41,697 nucleotides of DNA from Tubiluchus corallicola (GCA_030141605.1 JAQGDQ010001427.1:1-41697), one strand, 5' to 3'; shown: positions 16,791 through 29,160, numbered from the stretch's first letter. Notes: generated by a model not told the origin, from the sequence alone. A program made the numbers and translations.

Positions 16791-19700
16791 TCATGGATTT
16801 GTATTCAGCACTTGGTAAACATAGATCATTCCCTCTCTCCCTGCATAGTAATTAGGTAATATTTCCTTCTTCACAAGTTTCCATGCCTTCTCTTTTTCTA
16901 GTTTCTCCATTGACGGTTGTAGTCCTTTCAAATAAGGGGATTCTTCTAGCACCTCAATTCGATTAGTGATCATTACTATACCACCTAGAAGCAAGCAAAC
17001 TAAGTTACGTTTTAAACTCAAAATTCTCAAGCAATTTGCTGATATTACTTTTCATTACTATTAATGCAAAAAGAAAAATTATGGCATTGCTTTTCACAGT
17101 TGTTAGACGATTGTTTAGGAGCTGGCTCGTGGAAAAGATAGGTTTTGATGAACCCTGGCTCGTGGAAAAGATAGGGTTTGATGAACCCTTAGGAGCTGGC
17201 TCGTGGAAAAGACAGGGTTCGATGAACCGTTAGGAGCTGACTCGTGGAAAAGATAGGGTTTCATGAACCCTCGCTCGTGGAAAAGATAATGTTTGATGAA
17301 CCCTTAGGAGCTGGCTCGTGGAAAAGATAGGGTTTGATTAACCCTGGCTCGTGGAAAAGATAGTGTTTGATGAACCCTCAGGAGCTGGCTCGTGGAAAAG
17401 ATAGGGTTCGATGAACCGTTAGGAGCTGGCTCGTGGAAAAGACAGGGTTCGATGAACCCTTAGGAGCTGGCTCGTGGAAAAGACAGGGTTCGATGAACCC
17501 TTAGGAGCTGACTCGTGGAAAAGATAGGGTTTCATGAACCCTCGCTCGTGGAAAAGATAATGTTTGATGAACCCTTAGGAGCTGGCTCGTGGAAAAGATA
17601 GGGTTTGATGAACCCTTAGGAGCTGGCTCGTGGAAAAGATAGGGTTCGATGAACCCTTATGAGCTGGCTCGTGGAAAAGACAGGGTTCGATGAACCCTTA
17701 GGAGCTGGCTCGTGGAAAAGATAGGTTTTGATGAACCCTTAGGAGCTGACTCGTGGAAAAGATAGGGTTTCATGAACGCTCGTGGAAAAGATAATGTTTG
17801 ATGAACCCTTAGAAGCTGGCTCGTGGAAAAGATACGGTTTGGTGAACCCTTAGGAGCTGGCTCGTGGAAAAGATAGGTTTTGATGAACCCTTAGGAGCTG
17901 ACTCGTGGAAAAGATAGGGTTTCATGAACCCTGACTCGTGGAAAAGATAGCGCTTGATGAACCCTTAGAAGCTGGCTCGTGGAAAAGATAGGGTTTGATG
18001 AACCCTGGCTCGTGGAAAAGATAGGATTTGATGAACCCTTAGGTGCTGGCTCGTGGAAAAGATAGGGCTTGATGAACCCTTAGGACCTGGCTCGTGGAGA
18101 AGATAGGGTTTGATGAACCCTGGCTCGTGGAAAAGATACGGTTTGATGAACCCTGACTCGTGGAAAAGATAGGGTTTGATGAACCCTGGCTCGTGGAAAA
18201 GATAGGGTTTGGTGAACCCTGGCTCGTGGAAAAGATAGGGTTTGATGAACCCTGGCTCGTGGAAAAGATAGGGTTTGATGAACCCTTAGGAGCTGGATTC
18301 GTGGAAAAGATCGGGTTTGATGAACCCTTAGGAGCTGGATTCGTGGAAAAGATCGGGTTTGATGAACCCTTAGGAGCTGGCTCGTGGAAAAGATAGGGTT
18401 TGATAAACCCTGGGTCATGGAAAAGATAGGGTTTGATGAACCCTGACATTTTTGACAGTTTTTTTTCTGTTTGGTCCATGTGAAGTCTCTTGTTTCTGAC
18501 ATAGTGTGTAATATTAGTATAATTTTTTCCTGTCTGCTTAATAAAACAGCAACGATAGTCATTACCTGGTTTTACCAGCCTCACTGTTTCCACTAGACAT
18601 TCCGGCTCCAAATGACCTTGAGCAAAGGAACCAGCAATTGTAATGGCATCATACGTATCTAAACAAACGTTTGTCTTTTTCATTACAAATGTGAGTAAAG
18701 GAAAGCTATGTTAAATAGCGATTTTGATTAAATTGTGATTAAATTATTGAATTAATAATTCAAGATTAAATGCTTGACGATGCAAGATTAAACTATCGTC
18801 GTGGATAGAGCCTAGTTAGGTGTGGCATCACGTGACCAGCTGATGTTCGACCGGCTGACTCAAAAGTAAAGATTGATGATGTAATCCTTATGCGCAGAAG
18901 CTCACGGCGCATTAGGTAGTTAGACAAAAAGTGTTTTGAGGCCCGCACCTCGGGGGAGATGAGGAACTGACTTGAAGGTGGAGGGCTGGCATTACTATCC
19001 TCTTATATTTGCCGTGTTGTGGTTGTTGTTTAATAAATGTGTAGTTTATTGAATAAAGTCTTGATAGTTTGCCATGCCCATCGTGGCTCCTCACACGCCA
19101 CGCAATAAACAATACTAATCAGCAAGCAGCATTAACCACAAGAATAAATAGACCTTAACCAATTGTTTTACTATGTGCTAGTTTGACTGGCTGTGTTTGT
19201 ATGTGTGTGTGTTTGTTCGCACAATAAAGTTAAACAGATAAGGCTATAATCACTTATCAGGCATAGACTACGCAAGAGCAGGAAAGCACAAACCTGTTGA
19301 TTTTGAGTTCAAAATGTCTAAGGTGAAGTTCACAAGTTCCAAAAATGTCTATAAAATTAAAATCGAAGTTATAATCATCAAACTTGGCATAAGGACGGTC
19401 AAGGGATATTGATAGAGGTTTGGACAGGACCCGAAAGCTCATTGCTTTTTGGTTCAAAAAGTTAAAAGTCAGGGTTATAGTGACATGGGCGTGGTTCAGC
19501 ACTTTGTTAGCATGTCCCTATCATGTAGTAAATATGCAGTCAGTAACGGAAAATGATATTGACGATATTGGAAAAAAGTATAGATTAGATTGGAGGTTTT
19601 TCCTTTTGAGCACGTGTCGTGGTTTTCAGTGCACAACAATAAGCCTTTTCACAGTTTCGTTGCGTGCATGTGCAGTTGCTGTAGGTCAAACAGGTCAAAC

Positions 19701-21730
19701 ATTCGAGGTTTTTCCTTTTGAGCACGTGTCGTGGTATTCAGTGCACAACAATAAGCCTTTTCACAGTTTCGTTGTGTGCATGTGCAGTTGCTGTAGGTCA
19801 AACAAGTCAAACATTCGAGGTTTTTCCTTTTGAGCACGTGTCGTGGTATTCAGTGCACAACAATAAGCCTTTTTACAGTTTCGTTGTGTGCATGTGCAGT
19901 TGCTGTAGGTCAAACAGGTCAAACATTCGATGTTTTTCCTTTTGAGCACATGTCGTGGTATTCAGTGCACAACAATAAGCCTTTTTACAGTTTCGTTGTG
20001 TGCATGTGCAGTTGCTGTATGTCAAACTTTAATTGCACCAGAGCAACGCGTCTTAGCTACAACCATCACATGATATGTGTGTAAAGCAAAGCTGTGTGCC
20101 GCATCAGAACAGTAATTTCAGTTGTTTCACGTGGACTTCACTTATTTATGCATTAGTCTATGCATAGAGTGATTTATTAGCAGGACCTTGCTTGGGAACA
20201 AGAAAAAATGAACTAGGTAAAGATCTAGCTAGCTATGAAAACTGTATTACAATAGCTTGGGCTGCGAAGCGTTGTGAAGTATAGCGTTGTCTGATATATC
20301 TAACCTTTGACCTTTTCACGATCACCATCAATCGCTGGAACTTGGAAAAGACTTATTAGTACTAGATGAGTTTACATACTGCTCTCTATGTACGTGTTAC
20401 ATTCTAATAAACTGAAATATTACTATGCGTGAACTTTAGCATTCAATAGTTAGCTAGCTGTTTAACCTTTGACCTTTTCACGATCATCATCAATCGTTGG
20501 AACTTATTGTTCTGAATGTTCTAATACTGTGAAGAGTGATTCTCATCAGAACTTAAACACTGATTTGAAACTGAATTATTGATAGTTCTGATTTGGTTTT
20601 GGTGTTCTTTGTTCTGTTTGCATGGAGGGTCTCCAAAATTGTCCGTCAATGAAAACACCAATGCGTCACGTGACTCCAAAACTGTTCATCTGTTTTTATG
20701 CCACTAATATCAAGCTTTTGTTTCACGCTGCTATGAAATGATTTTACAATTAACTATCAACGTACCTGCGGGTATATCTTGCGGGTTCTTGGTAAAGAGC
20801 GTACAGAAATAATTGCAGTAAATTTCTGAATTCTTTGCTTCTTGCAACATTTCTTGGCAAGCGTCCAACGCGTCGATGTTCGTGAATCCCTTTGCACGTA
20901 ACTGCAAACGTAAAACAGAAAATAGTTATGTTACTAGCAAATGAGTCAGTCAGTCAGTTAACCAATCTGTCAGTCGATCACCCCAACAACTGTCAAGCAC
21001 CTTATCATTTCATCGAGTTTGTTTGCATTATGTTTACAAATTTGCACAAATTCATATGACTCGTCACGCCACCAAACTGGTTTTTTTGCTACAGTCATTA
21101 AAAATGGTGTCCCTTTCTCTCTCCCTCTATTATACTGTTTACATATGTTTCCTTTTCCACCAGGTATAGTTTAATTGATAATGCATTTGCTTTCCGTACG
21201 CGAGGTTGTGGGTTCGATACTACGGTTCTTACTTGCAAAAACCTTAAACCTTGCCTGCTGCATGATATTTAGGGTAAAAGCGGAGACATAGTACAAGGTT
21301 CAGTCTGTTGTCTTTAAAGTCGAACTGAAATAAAGTTTATTGTTATTATGTACACGTACCTGTTGTCCTACGAGACCTGTTCCAGCACAAACATCCAAAA
21401 TTCTGGCATTCTTGTCCTTCAACAGTTCTGACATGTGTTGTGCAGCATAAAATGGACCTCTGTAATTAGCTCTTGCTAGATCCTGCAGTATACGACTGTT
21501 TTATTATTACTTGTATGCAAATTACTGGTATTTTTTGTTATAAGTATTTGTTATGAATATATACAAGTAATCAGTTTACTGATTGTTTTGCTTACATTAG
21601 AATATTGTGTTCCCCATTTACTATAGACGTTTAACGTGTCTGTAATGCTGTTGGTTGAGTGAATAAGTTCTTCCATTGTCGAACTTGGCTTCGCGTCGCC
21701 TATGCAACCTTCACATTCTACCTTTGACAT
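16791..21730 (-). CDS. METTL27: METTL27/WBSCR27-like class I SAM-dependent methyltransferase (226 aa)
   Basis: Exons 21730-21596, 21482-21360, 20901-20766, 18658-18566, 16984-16791 total 681 nt, in frame, GT-AG. Motifs: YSKWGTQYSNDL...YRGP, ILDVCAGTGLVGQQL (motif I), GFTNIDALD..QEML, YDAITIAGSFAQGH, LVKPGG. An acceptor at 21744-21745 suggests an upstream non-coding exon. Confidence 0.88.
17116..18445. repeat. 41/33-bp minisatellite filling the last methyltransferase intron
   Basis: Units GGCTCGTGGAAAAGATAGGGTTTGATGAACCCT(TAGGAGCT); recurring variant blocks suggest a higher-order structure. Confidence 0.95.
18821..19102 (+). mobile_element. Possible solo LTR
   Basis: Begins TGTGGC, ends GCCAC(G), AATAAA ~45 nt before the end; no TSD seen. 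Confidence 0.4.
19170..19515. mobile_element. Possible Helentron-associated (DINE-1/pearl-like) element fragment
   Basis: (GT/GTTT) microsatellite followed by AAACTTGG and GGTCAA/AAGTCA-type motifs typical of such elements; termini not identified. Confidence 0.4.
19593..20027. repeat. 112-bp tandem repeat x~4 spanning a MITE left end and its flank
   Basis: Period 112 (19593, 19705, 19817, 19929); each unit contains the TIR ATAAGCCTTTTCACAGTTTC or a one-base variant. Confidence 0.92.
19975..20356. mobile_element. MITE family B (TIR ATAAGYCTTTTCACAGTT), copy 1
   Basis: Homologous to 28781-29160 and, inverted, to 21847-22986. Confidence 0.8.
21160..21349 (+). mobile_element. Degenerate tRNA-derived SINE
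   Basis: A-box-like TAGTTTAATTGA, B box GGTTCGATAC (21211-21220), tail AAATAAAGTTTATTGTTATTAT. Confidence 0.65.
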
Positions 21731-21846
21731 TTTCTTTGGAGATCTATAAGTCAAAAATTGAATGGTAAAGTGGCGCATAGTAATGTTTTAGTTTATTAGA
21801 ATGTAACACGTACACAAAGAGCAGTATGTAAACTCATCTAGTACTA

Positions 21847-22986
21847 ATAAGTCTTTCCGCAGTTCCAGCGATTGATGATGATCGTGAAAAGGTCAAAGGT
21901 TAAGTGAACCAGACAACGTATTTAAGTACATTTGACAACGCCTCGCTGCACATGTTGTTGTAATAGTAACAGTTTTAACAGCTAGCTGGAACCTTACCTA
22001 GTTCACTTCTTCTTGTTCCCAAGAAAGATCCTGCTAGTAAATCAGTCTATGCCTAAACTAACGCATAATTAAGTAAAGTGAATTATGAATTTATTCCACA
22101 GCAACTCAAACATACATACAAGTTGATATAACATTGAAAAAAATATAAACTAAGTGAGTTACTGTGAGGAGGGGGAAGGAGCATTGAGCTTTCGAGTCCT
22201 CCTCCAGAGAAGTGGAACAATTGACAATTAACATTGGATAGTATTTTCATCAGTTATAACATACATTAGAACAAAATAAGTTTTGTTAGTAACCTAAGAT
22301 CAGGATGAGTAAAATTGTGAGTTAATTATACCGTTGTAGTAGGTAATTCTTTGATGCTTTTTTAAATTGATAAAGATTAAGAGTTTTCATTTCACGCGGA
22401 ATTGATGACCATATTTTAATAGCATTATATTTTGATGACTGTTTCATTATATTTGTTTTTGGAAGAGGGAGTACATAGTTTCCGACTGAATATCTTGTTT
22501 AATGATCATGTTGATTTGAAACTGGACTAAAGTATGACTGAAAAGCTGGTGGAAGTAGTGAATTATGATACTGATACATGAAATGAAGACAATACATGTC
22601 ATAATTTCTTTCACTTTAACAGTTTTAACAGACAAGTAAATTATATTTGTGGGATGGTCATACCTTGCATGATATAATAGTTTGAGAATTTTGTTCTGGG
22701 TAATTTGTAAGCTTCCAGATAACTTTTGTATACACCACCCCAAGACTTGAGGCCATATATTAGATATGGGTAGACTAAACTGCAATAGATTTTCATCAAT
22801 GTCTCTCTATTAACAAACTTGCGTAAACTCCACGAAAAACAACTGAAATTACTGTTCTGATGCGGAGACAGCTTTGCTTTGCCCACATGGCACGTGACTG
22901 TTGTAGTTAAGACGCGTTGCTGTGGTACACGTGACCTTTGACCTTTTCACGATCATCATCAATCGCTGGAACTGTGAAAAGACTTA
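21847..22986. mobile_element. MITE family B copy 2 (long ~55-bp TIRs), interrupted by a LINE
   Basis: TAAGTCTTTCCGCAGTTCCAGCGATTGATGATGATCGTGAAAAGGTCAAAGGT at the left end and its near-perfect reverse complement at 22934-22986. Confidence 0.82.
22080..22828 (-). mobile_element. 5'-truncated CR1/L2-group LINE nested in MITE B
   Basis: Frameshifted ORF2 peptides YCSLVYPYLIYG..WG and LQITQNKILKLLY. MITE sequence resumes across the insertion (compare 20101-20170); TSD-like GTAAAGT/GTAAACT. Confidence 0.82.
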
Positions 22987-23494
22987 AATTAACACATTCG
23001 CTAAGCATTTGTGGAGGAGACAACACTTGTTTAGTCTATATGGAGGTTCGCATTGCAGATATAGATACGGGTGGGAACTAATAACTATATTATTATCCCA
23101 GAGGGGAAGTTTTTGAAAATGAAAAACAGCAACAAATCATGATTGAGTGATCAGTTATATATTTCAAGTAAGTGTAATATATATAGTTCCAGTAGGTTCC
23201 AGTAGGTGCGTCAGAGTAGCTGAGAACTTGTTTGAATCAACGTTCTATCTACACGGACGAATCAATGAAATCTAGTCTCACTCGTAGGTTGCCTGGTTTC
23301 GTAATTTGTTGCCTAACGGTAGGCAGGACAGATGGTCCTTATAAGCAATATTGAAGCAACAGTCAATATAATCACACCACTTCATCAATTACATGTTGAA
23401 CGTTATTGTTATTTTTGCACACAAATGAAAAACGCTACTTCAAAAAACCAAAAGAGAAAATTACTTAAAATTAAATCTCCTTCAAAACTATGCG

Positions 23495-24170
23495 TTGAGA
23501 TTGATAGCTGGGTACTCATACAAACACAAGGCAGGTAGACAAAAATTCAAAACTTCAACAACTAACCTGAGAAAAACTTTAAAATTCCCAATCATTGAAG
23601 CACACAAAGAATATTTTACTCTGCTTTTTATATTTAAATACATTAACAACATCAGCAAACCATTCCAGAATAACGGATTTACCTTTTTTCCAAATCCTAT
23701 CGTTAATTCCAGAACAAGCAATCTAAAACAAATTAGGACAAATACCTACTATGGAACGAACTCTGTAATCAAACAAGCAATTCTACTTTGGAATTCTCTA
23801 CCATTACAGGTTAAACAAATCAAGTCCCTATCAGCATTTAAAACAAAATTAAAATCACTAATATTAACCAGATATGAAGTACCATCACACCAGTACGACA
23901 ACATACACACTAATTCAGAATTCATATACCCACGGCCATATTAATTAAATAATAGTTTTTTTCATTTTTTTGTGCATAGTTGTAAATACGTTTGATTTTA
24001 TTCGTCGTTACTTTCCATTACTGCACAGTAGTTTAGATTGCACTGACGCATTTGCCTTCAGCAGTGTAAGTTTTTATTAACTAACACTGATTGATCATCT
24101 CTGTAAAGTTTTTATCAGTGATTATCAATGTATTTTAATGGCAAATAAAGATTATTACATACATACACAC
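23495..24170 (+). mobile_element. CR1/L2-group LINE 3' fragment
   Basis: ORF end ...RTNTYYGTNSV...LWNSLPLQVKQIKSLSAFKTKLK; 3' UTR ends AATAAAGATTATT(ACAT)n. Confidence 0.82.
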
Positions 24171-25528
24171 ATAAATCAAATGAATTTGAAGACAGTCGAG
24201 TCGAAACTCGAAATCGATAAATTAAAGTTAAAGAAACGTAAGTTTTATTTAGTTGAGAAAAATATCACAACCATTTTAGTGGAAGCAACGAAGTACAGAA
24301 CCGAACAGAACTAAGAAGGCATTAGTAAAAATTGGCTTCTCTTATATGTAAGTGAATTCCTGAAACAGGGGCGCAGCGTGTCAAATTCTTCACGCCACCT
24401 ATATGCAAAAATGGCCACAAACAACCTTGTGTTTTTACATCTTATGCTTGTATAATTTTTATATACAACTGATTCCGAAAAATAGCATTATAATATGACT
24501 ACCTAAAAGTAAAATGCAATGGTTTACATAGTCATATTGAAGAATAAGAAGAATGCAAAGTTTATTCTTATTACGAACATTGTTACGTAGATTCAGCTAT
24601 ATGTAACTAGGAAACTGACTGCAAATTAACATAATTTATTAAGACCAGACATATTAACAATATTAACATATTCTATTCTATTAAGACCAGACGGAATTTC
24701 CTTAAAGTTTTTCTCTAATTGGCAGTCTTAGATTTAGTACTGTAAAATAGAATCATACGTCTAAATCTAGAAAACGTATCACTTGTGACATACAATACTG
24801 ACCCTGAACACTTGCCTTTACTTCTTGCACTAAACAGACTCGACGTGTAGAATTTGACTCACATCAGGAACGATGATTCCTCGTGATATTGCTTCAACGG
24901 TCTCGGCAGTTTTGCAAAACAAGACGACTTTTTGGAGTCGGAATCGTTACGCGTGCCTAGCAACTGTCAAAGCTATAATTCAATCTGCTGTACTATGTTT
25001 ATCATTAATTAATGCACTTCTCTGTTCCAGACTACTGAGCCTAACTTATTCATTAGTAAAGTCTGTAAATGGTAAACACTAAAAAGTAAAGGTAGCGTAC
25101 TTATTTTCCATAATTCACTTATAGAAGCATCATATTTTATCTTTTGTTTGTTTAAGACATGTAGATGCTACGAACACATTGTTCTTTCGCTCATTGTTCT
25201 TTCGTTCCATTTTAAGTTATTTTTGTCATGTGGTTGATTGCTAAATTTCCGCGAAATGTTGACTACGACGTCTATAATTATACACGGTAGAAATTTGATC
25301 TGACTGGTCTAACCTATCTATACCAGGGCGACTTGTTACTGTTGGTAAAATATTGAACAAATGCACCTAAGCCTATTGCTGTCGATTAATCATATGCTAA
25401 TTAATCATTTATCATCATTTCATCATTTGTCATTAGTACCAAGCATGCTTTCGCCTTTACATAGTTAGCCAGTTAATAATTTTGACTGAAACACAACACG
25501 CTGCTTAAATACATTCCAAAAGGTTTAT

Positions 25529-27159
25529 CACGTGGAATACTTGGTACTTTCACGAACCGTAATCCTAAGCACGTGGAATACTTAGTACTTTCACGAACCG
25601 TAATTCTAAGCACGTAGAATACTTGGTACTTTCACGAACCGTAATCCTAAGCACGTGGAATACTTGGTACTTTCACGAACCGTAATCCTAAGCACGTGGA
25701 ATACTTGGTACTTTCACGAACCGTAATCCTAAGCACGTGGAATACTTAGTACTTTCACGAACCGTAATCCTAAGCACGTGGAATACTTGGTACTTTCACG
25801 AACCGTAATCCTAAGCACGTGGAATACTTGGTACTTTCACGAACCGTAATCCTAAGCACGTGGAATACTTGGTACTTTCACGAACCGTAATCCTAAGCAC
25901 GTGGAATACTTGGCACTTTCACGAACCGTAATCCCAAGTACGTGGAATACTTGGTACTTTCACGAACCGTAATCCTAAGCACGTGGAATACTTGGCACTT
26001 TCACGAACCGTAATCCCAAGTACGTGGAATACTTGGTACTTTCACGAACCGTAATCCTAAGCACGTGGAATACTTGCTACTTTCACGAACCGTAATCCTA
26101 AGCACGTGGAATACTTGCTACTTTCACGAACCGTAATCCTAAGCACGTGGAATACTTCGTACTTTTACGAACCGTAATCCTAAGCACATGGAATACTTGG
26201 TACTTTCACGAACCGTAATCCTAAGCACGTGGAATACTTAGTACTTTCACGAACCGTAATCCTAAGCACGTGGAATACTTAGTGCTTTCACGAACCGTAA
26301 TCCTAAGCACGTAGAATACTTGGTACTTTCACGAAACGTAATCCTAAGCACGTCGAATACTTGGTACTTTCACGAACCGTAATCCTAAGCACGTAGAATA
26401 CTTGGTACTTTCACGAACCGTAATCCTAAGCACGTAGAATACTTGGTACTTTCACGAACCGTAATCCTAAGCACGTAGAATACGTAGTTCTTTCGCGAAC
26501 CGTAATCCTAAGTACGTGGAATACTTGGTACTTTCACGAACCGTAATCCTAAGCACGTAGAATACTTGGTACTTTCACGAACCGTAATCCTAAGAACGTC
26601 GAATACTTGGTACTTTCACGAACCGTAATTCTAAGCACGTAGAATACTTGGTACTTTCACGAACCGTAATCCTAAGTACGTGGAATACTTGGTACTTTCA
26701 TGAACCGTAATCCTAAGCACGTAGAATACTTGGTACTTTCACGAACCGTAATTCTAAGCACGTGGAATACTTGGTACTTTCACGAACCGTAATTCTAAGC
26801 ACGTGGAATAATTGGCACTTTCACGAACCGTAATCCTAAGCACGTGGAATACTTGGTACTTTCACGAACCGTAATTCTAAGTACATGGAATACTTGGTAC
26901 TTTCACGAACCGTAATCCTAAGCACGTGGAATACTTGGCACTTTCACGAACCGTAATCCTAGGTACGTGGAATACTTGGTACTTTCACGAAACGTAATTC
27001 TAAGCACGTGGAATACTTGGTACTTTCACGAACCGTAATCCTAAGCACGTGGAATACTTGGTACTTTCACGAACCGTAATCCTAGGTACGTGGAATACTT
27101 GGTACTTTCACGAACCGTAATCCTAAGTACGTGGAATACTTGGTACTTTCACGAAACGT
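25529..27159. repeat. 41-bp satellite, ~40 copies
   Basis: Unit CACGTGGAATACTTGGTACTTTCACGAACCGTAATCCTAAG; highly homogeneous, no spacers. Confidence 0.97.
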
Positions 27160-27184
27160 CGATCAAGTGCTTATGAATGGTACA

Positions 27185-27635
27185 GACTTTTTATTGTATT
27201 TACATACTCAACTCTTTGACTTCTAACAATTTTTCTTTTTCTCTGCTGAGTATTACATCTGAGTTCATTTTTTCCCATTCTCCATATCCGCTGCATTTAA
27301 ACAAATGTTCAGTAGTGTCTTCTTTCTTACAAGTTGAGCATAGCAATTGATCCTTGAACTAATTCCTTTAACTTTCATCATATTAACCCTATTTTTTCAG
27401 AACATCTTTGACCACCTTCTGGCTTGCATGTGTCTATATAACTTTGTAGTGTCTGCTCAGTATGTTTTAACAATCTTAATAAGCACTTTTCCTGCATTTT
27501 TCTGCACAATCGCTTTTTATGAAACATTCAATCTTACTCTTTATTTCTTTTTTCATGATCTTCACCTTTTCCTTACCGGCGTCTAGTTTATATTTTCTTA
27601 CGGCCTCAATTACTTCATTGTAGCACGACCATTCA
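27185..27635 (-). mobile_element. Degraded non-LTR retrotransposon ORF2 C-terminal fragment
   Basis: Peptides RVNMMKVKG and LLCSTCKKEDTTEHLFKC (CCHC zinc knuckle), with frameshifts. Confidence 0.65.
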
Positions 27636-27945
27636 TATGCATTGTATGGGGGTGGGTGGGGGGGGGGGTGATTGTACGTGCTGTATATAGAAGTGTGTCT
27701 TACTAATTTTTTTTGCATAATACTGTCTTTACGTTTTTAACTCCTGTTTTGTATATGGAAGAACTTCTGTAATAAAGGTAATATGTTCAATTCAACTCAA
27801 CTAAACTAAACTAAACTCAACTCAACTCAACTCAACTCATGACTGTTCAATTCAAATTCAAATCGCGTTGAATTGGTGCGTAGCAAGTCTGGTAGCAAGT
27901 CTGGCCCGTGTTTATAACTGCTACAAGTCATACACTGTATGTTCC

Positions 27946-28284
27946 TGTTGTGTTTTTTGTTTCTCTCGGAAGGCTCGCAGAGAAAACCAGAAAACACGTC
28001 GTCAAATTAAACTAGTTTATTATGCGAGGATTCTACAACACAAAAGTATGAAGGAACGTGAAATGTTTACAGTAAACGTGATTATCTGGAAACGTGAAAG
28101 CGAGAAAGCGTATCTGAGAATATAAGGATACGAGAGAATGTGAGAGAATAATCTTCAGCGGCCAGCTCCGCCTTATATATCAGTGCAGAAATTTCTCGAA
28201 ACTTCTACAAGGTAAGAAGATTGTTCTACTATACTATAGAACATTCTACAATATTCTATTTAATTCTAGTGGATCTCCACAACA
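27946..28284 (-). mobile_element. Solo LTR (339 bp) carrying heat-shock elements
   Basis: TGTTGTG...CACAACA termini; 5-bp TSD GTTCC/GTTGC (one mismatch); on the - strand TATATAA (28173-28179) then AATAAA (28016-28021). Confidence 0.8.
28187..28267. promoter_or_regulatory. Heat-shock element cluster inside the solo LTR
   Basis: AGAAA-TTTCT-CGAAA-CTTCT (28187-28206) is four perfect alternating nGAAn units. A second element, AGAAC-ATTCT-ACAAT-ATTCT-ATTTA-ATTCT, lies at 28238-28267. Confidence 0.65.
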
Positions 28285-28463
28285 GTTGCTGTTCATCGCA
28301 GGTAGCAAAACCATTGAACAAAACTAAAATGAGCAAAGAAAAACAGTAACAGTTTAAGCCAAAATTTTATTATTAATTTATAACAGTTTTACAAATTTTG
28401 CCTAGTTTTTACAATTGTGTTATTAACATCTATTCTCACGCGAAAAAAACGTTTATTGTCGTC

Positions 28464-28530
28464 GATCACGTGTCGATCACGTGTGATCACGTGTCGATCA
28501 CGTGTCAAACACGTGTCGATCACGTGTGAT
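28464..28530. repeat. Short GATCACGTGTC repeat (~6 E-box units)
   Basis: Read directly from the sequence. Confidence 0.85.
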
Positions 28531-28780
28531 TCAATCACCATAATTTCAGTTGTTTAGTCGACTGATATTTGCTGAATAAGTGTGAAAGAAATCGCAAAAC
28601 TGCAGGTGCACAGAACACAATCGCAAACATTTTTGTATTATTATTTAATGCTATCTAACATCTGTAAAAATTACATGATTCGCGTGTGTTGTTAATATTG
28701 GTAGATCTTATCTTAGTACTATTATTGTAAGTTAGAAAAATTTCAACAATTCATACCTGCCAACTATAATTTTCTAATTA

Positions 28781-29160
28781 ATAAGCCTTTTCACAAATTC
28801 GTTGTGCGCACGCGCAGTTGCTGTAGGTCAAAGACTAAGTGTATCACAGCAAAGTACAACCTTCACGTAACAGGTAGGTAAAGCAAAGCTGTATAGCGAA
28901 TCAGTTCAGTAATTTCAATTGTTTTACGTGGCCTTTACTTTATACATTAGTCTGTGCATTGAGTGATTTACTAGAAGGATCTTGCTTGGGAACAAGAAAA
29001 AATGAACTAGGTAAGGTTCTAGCTAGCTGTTAAACCTGTTACTATTACAACAGCATGGACTGTGAGACGTTGTCATTTGTACACAAATGCGTTGTCTGGT
29101 ACAGTTGACCTTTAACCTTTTCACGATCATAATTAATCACTGAAACTGTGAAAAGTTTAT
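28781..29160. mobile_element. MITE family B copy 3
   Basis: ATAAGCCTTTTCACAAATTC ... GAAACTGTGAAAAGTTTAT; body homologous to 19975-20356. Confidence 0.8.

Noticed and set aside
21160-21230. tRNA gene
   Set aside because: Cloverleaf pairing is degraded and a SINE-like body and tail follow.
25529-27159. CRISPR-like array (also 17116-18445 and 38268-39465)
   Set aside because: Units are contiguous with no unique spacers, there are no cas genes, and the context is eukaryotic.
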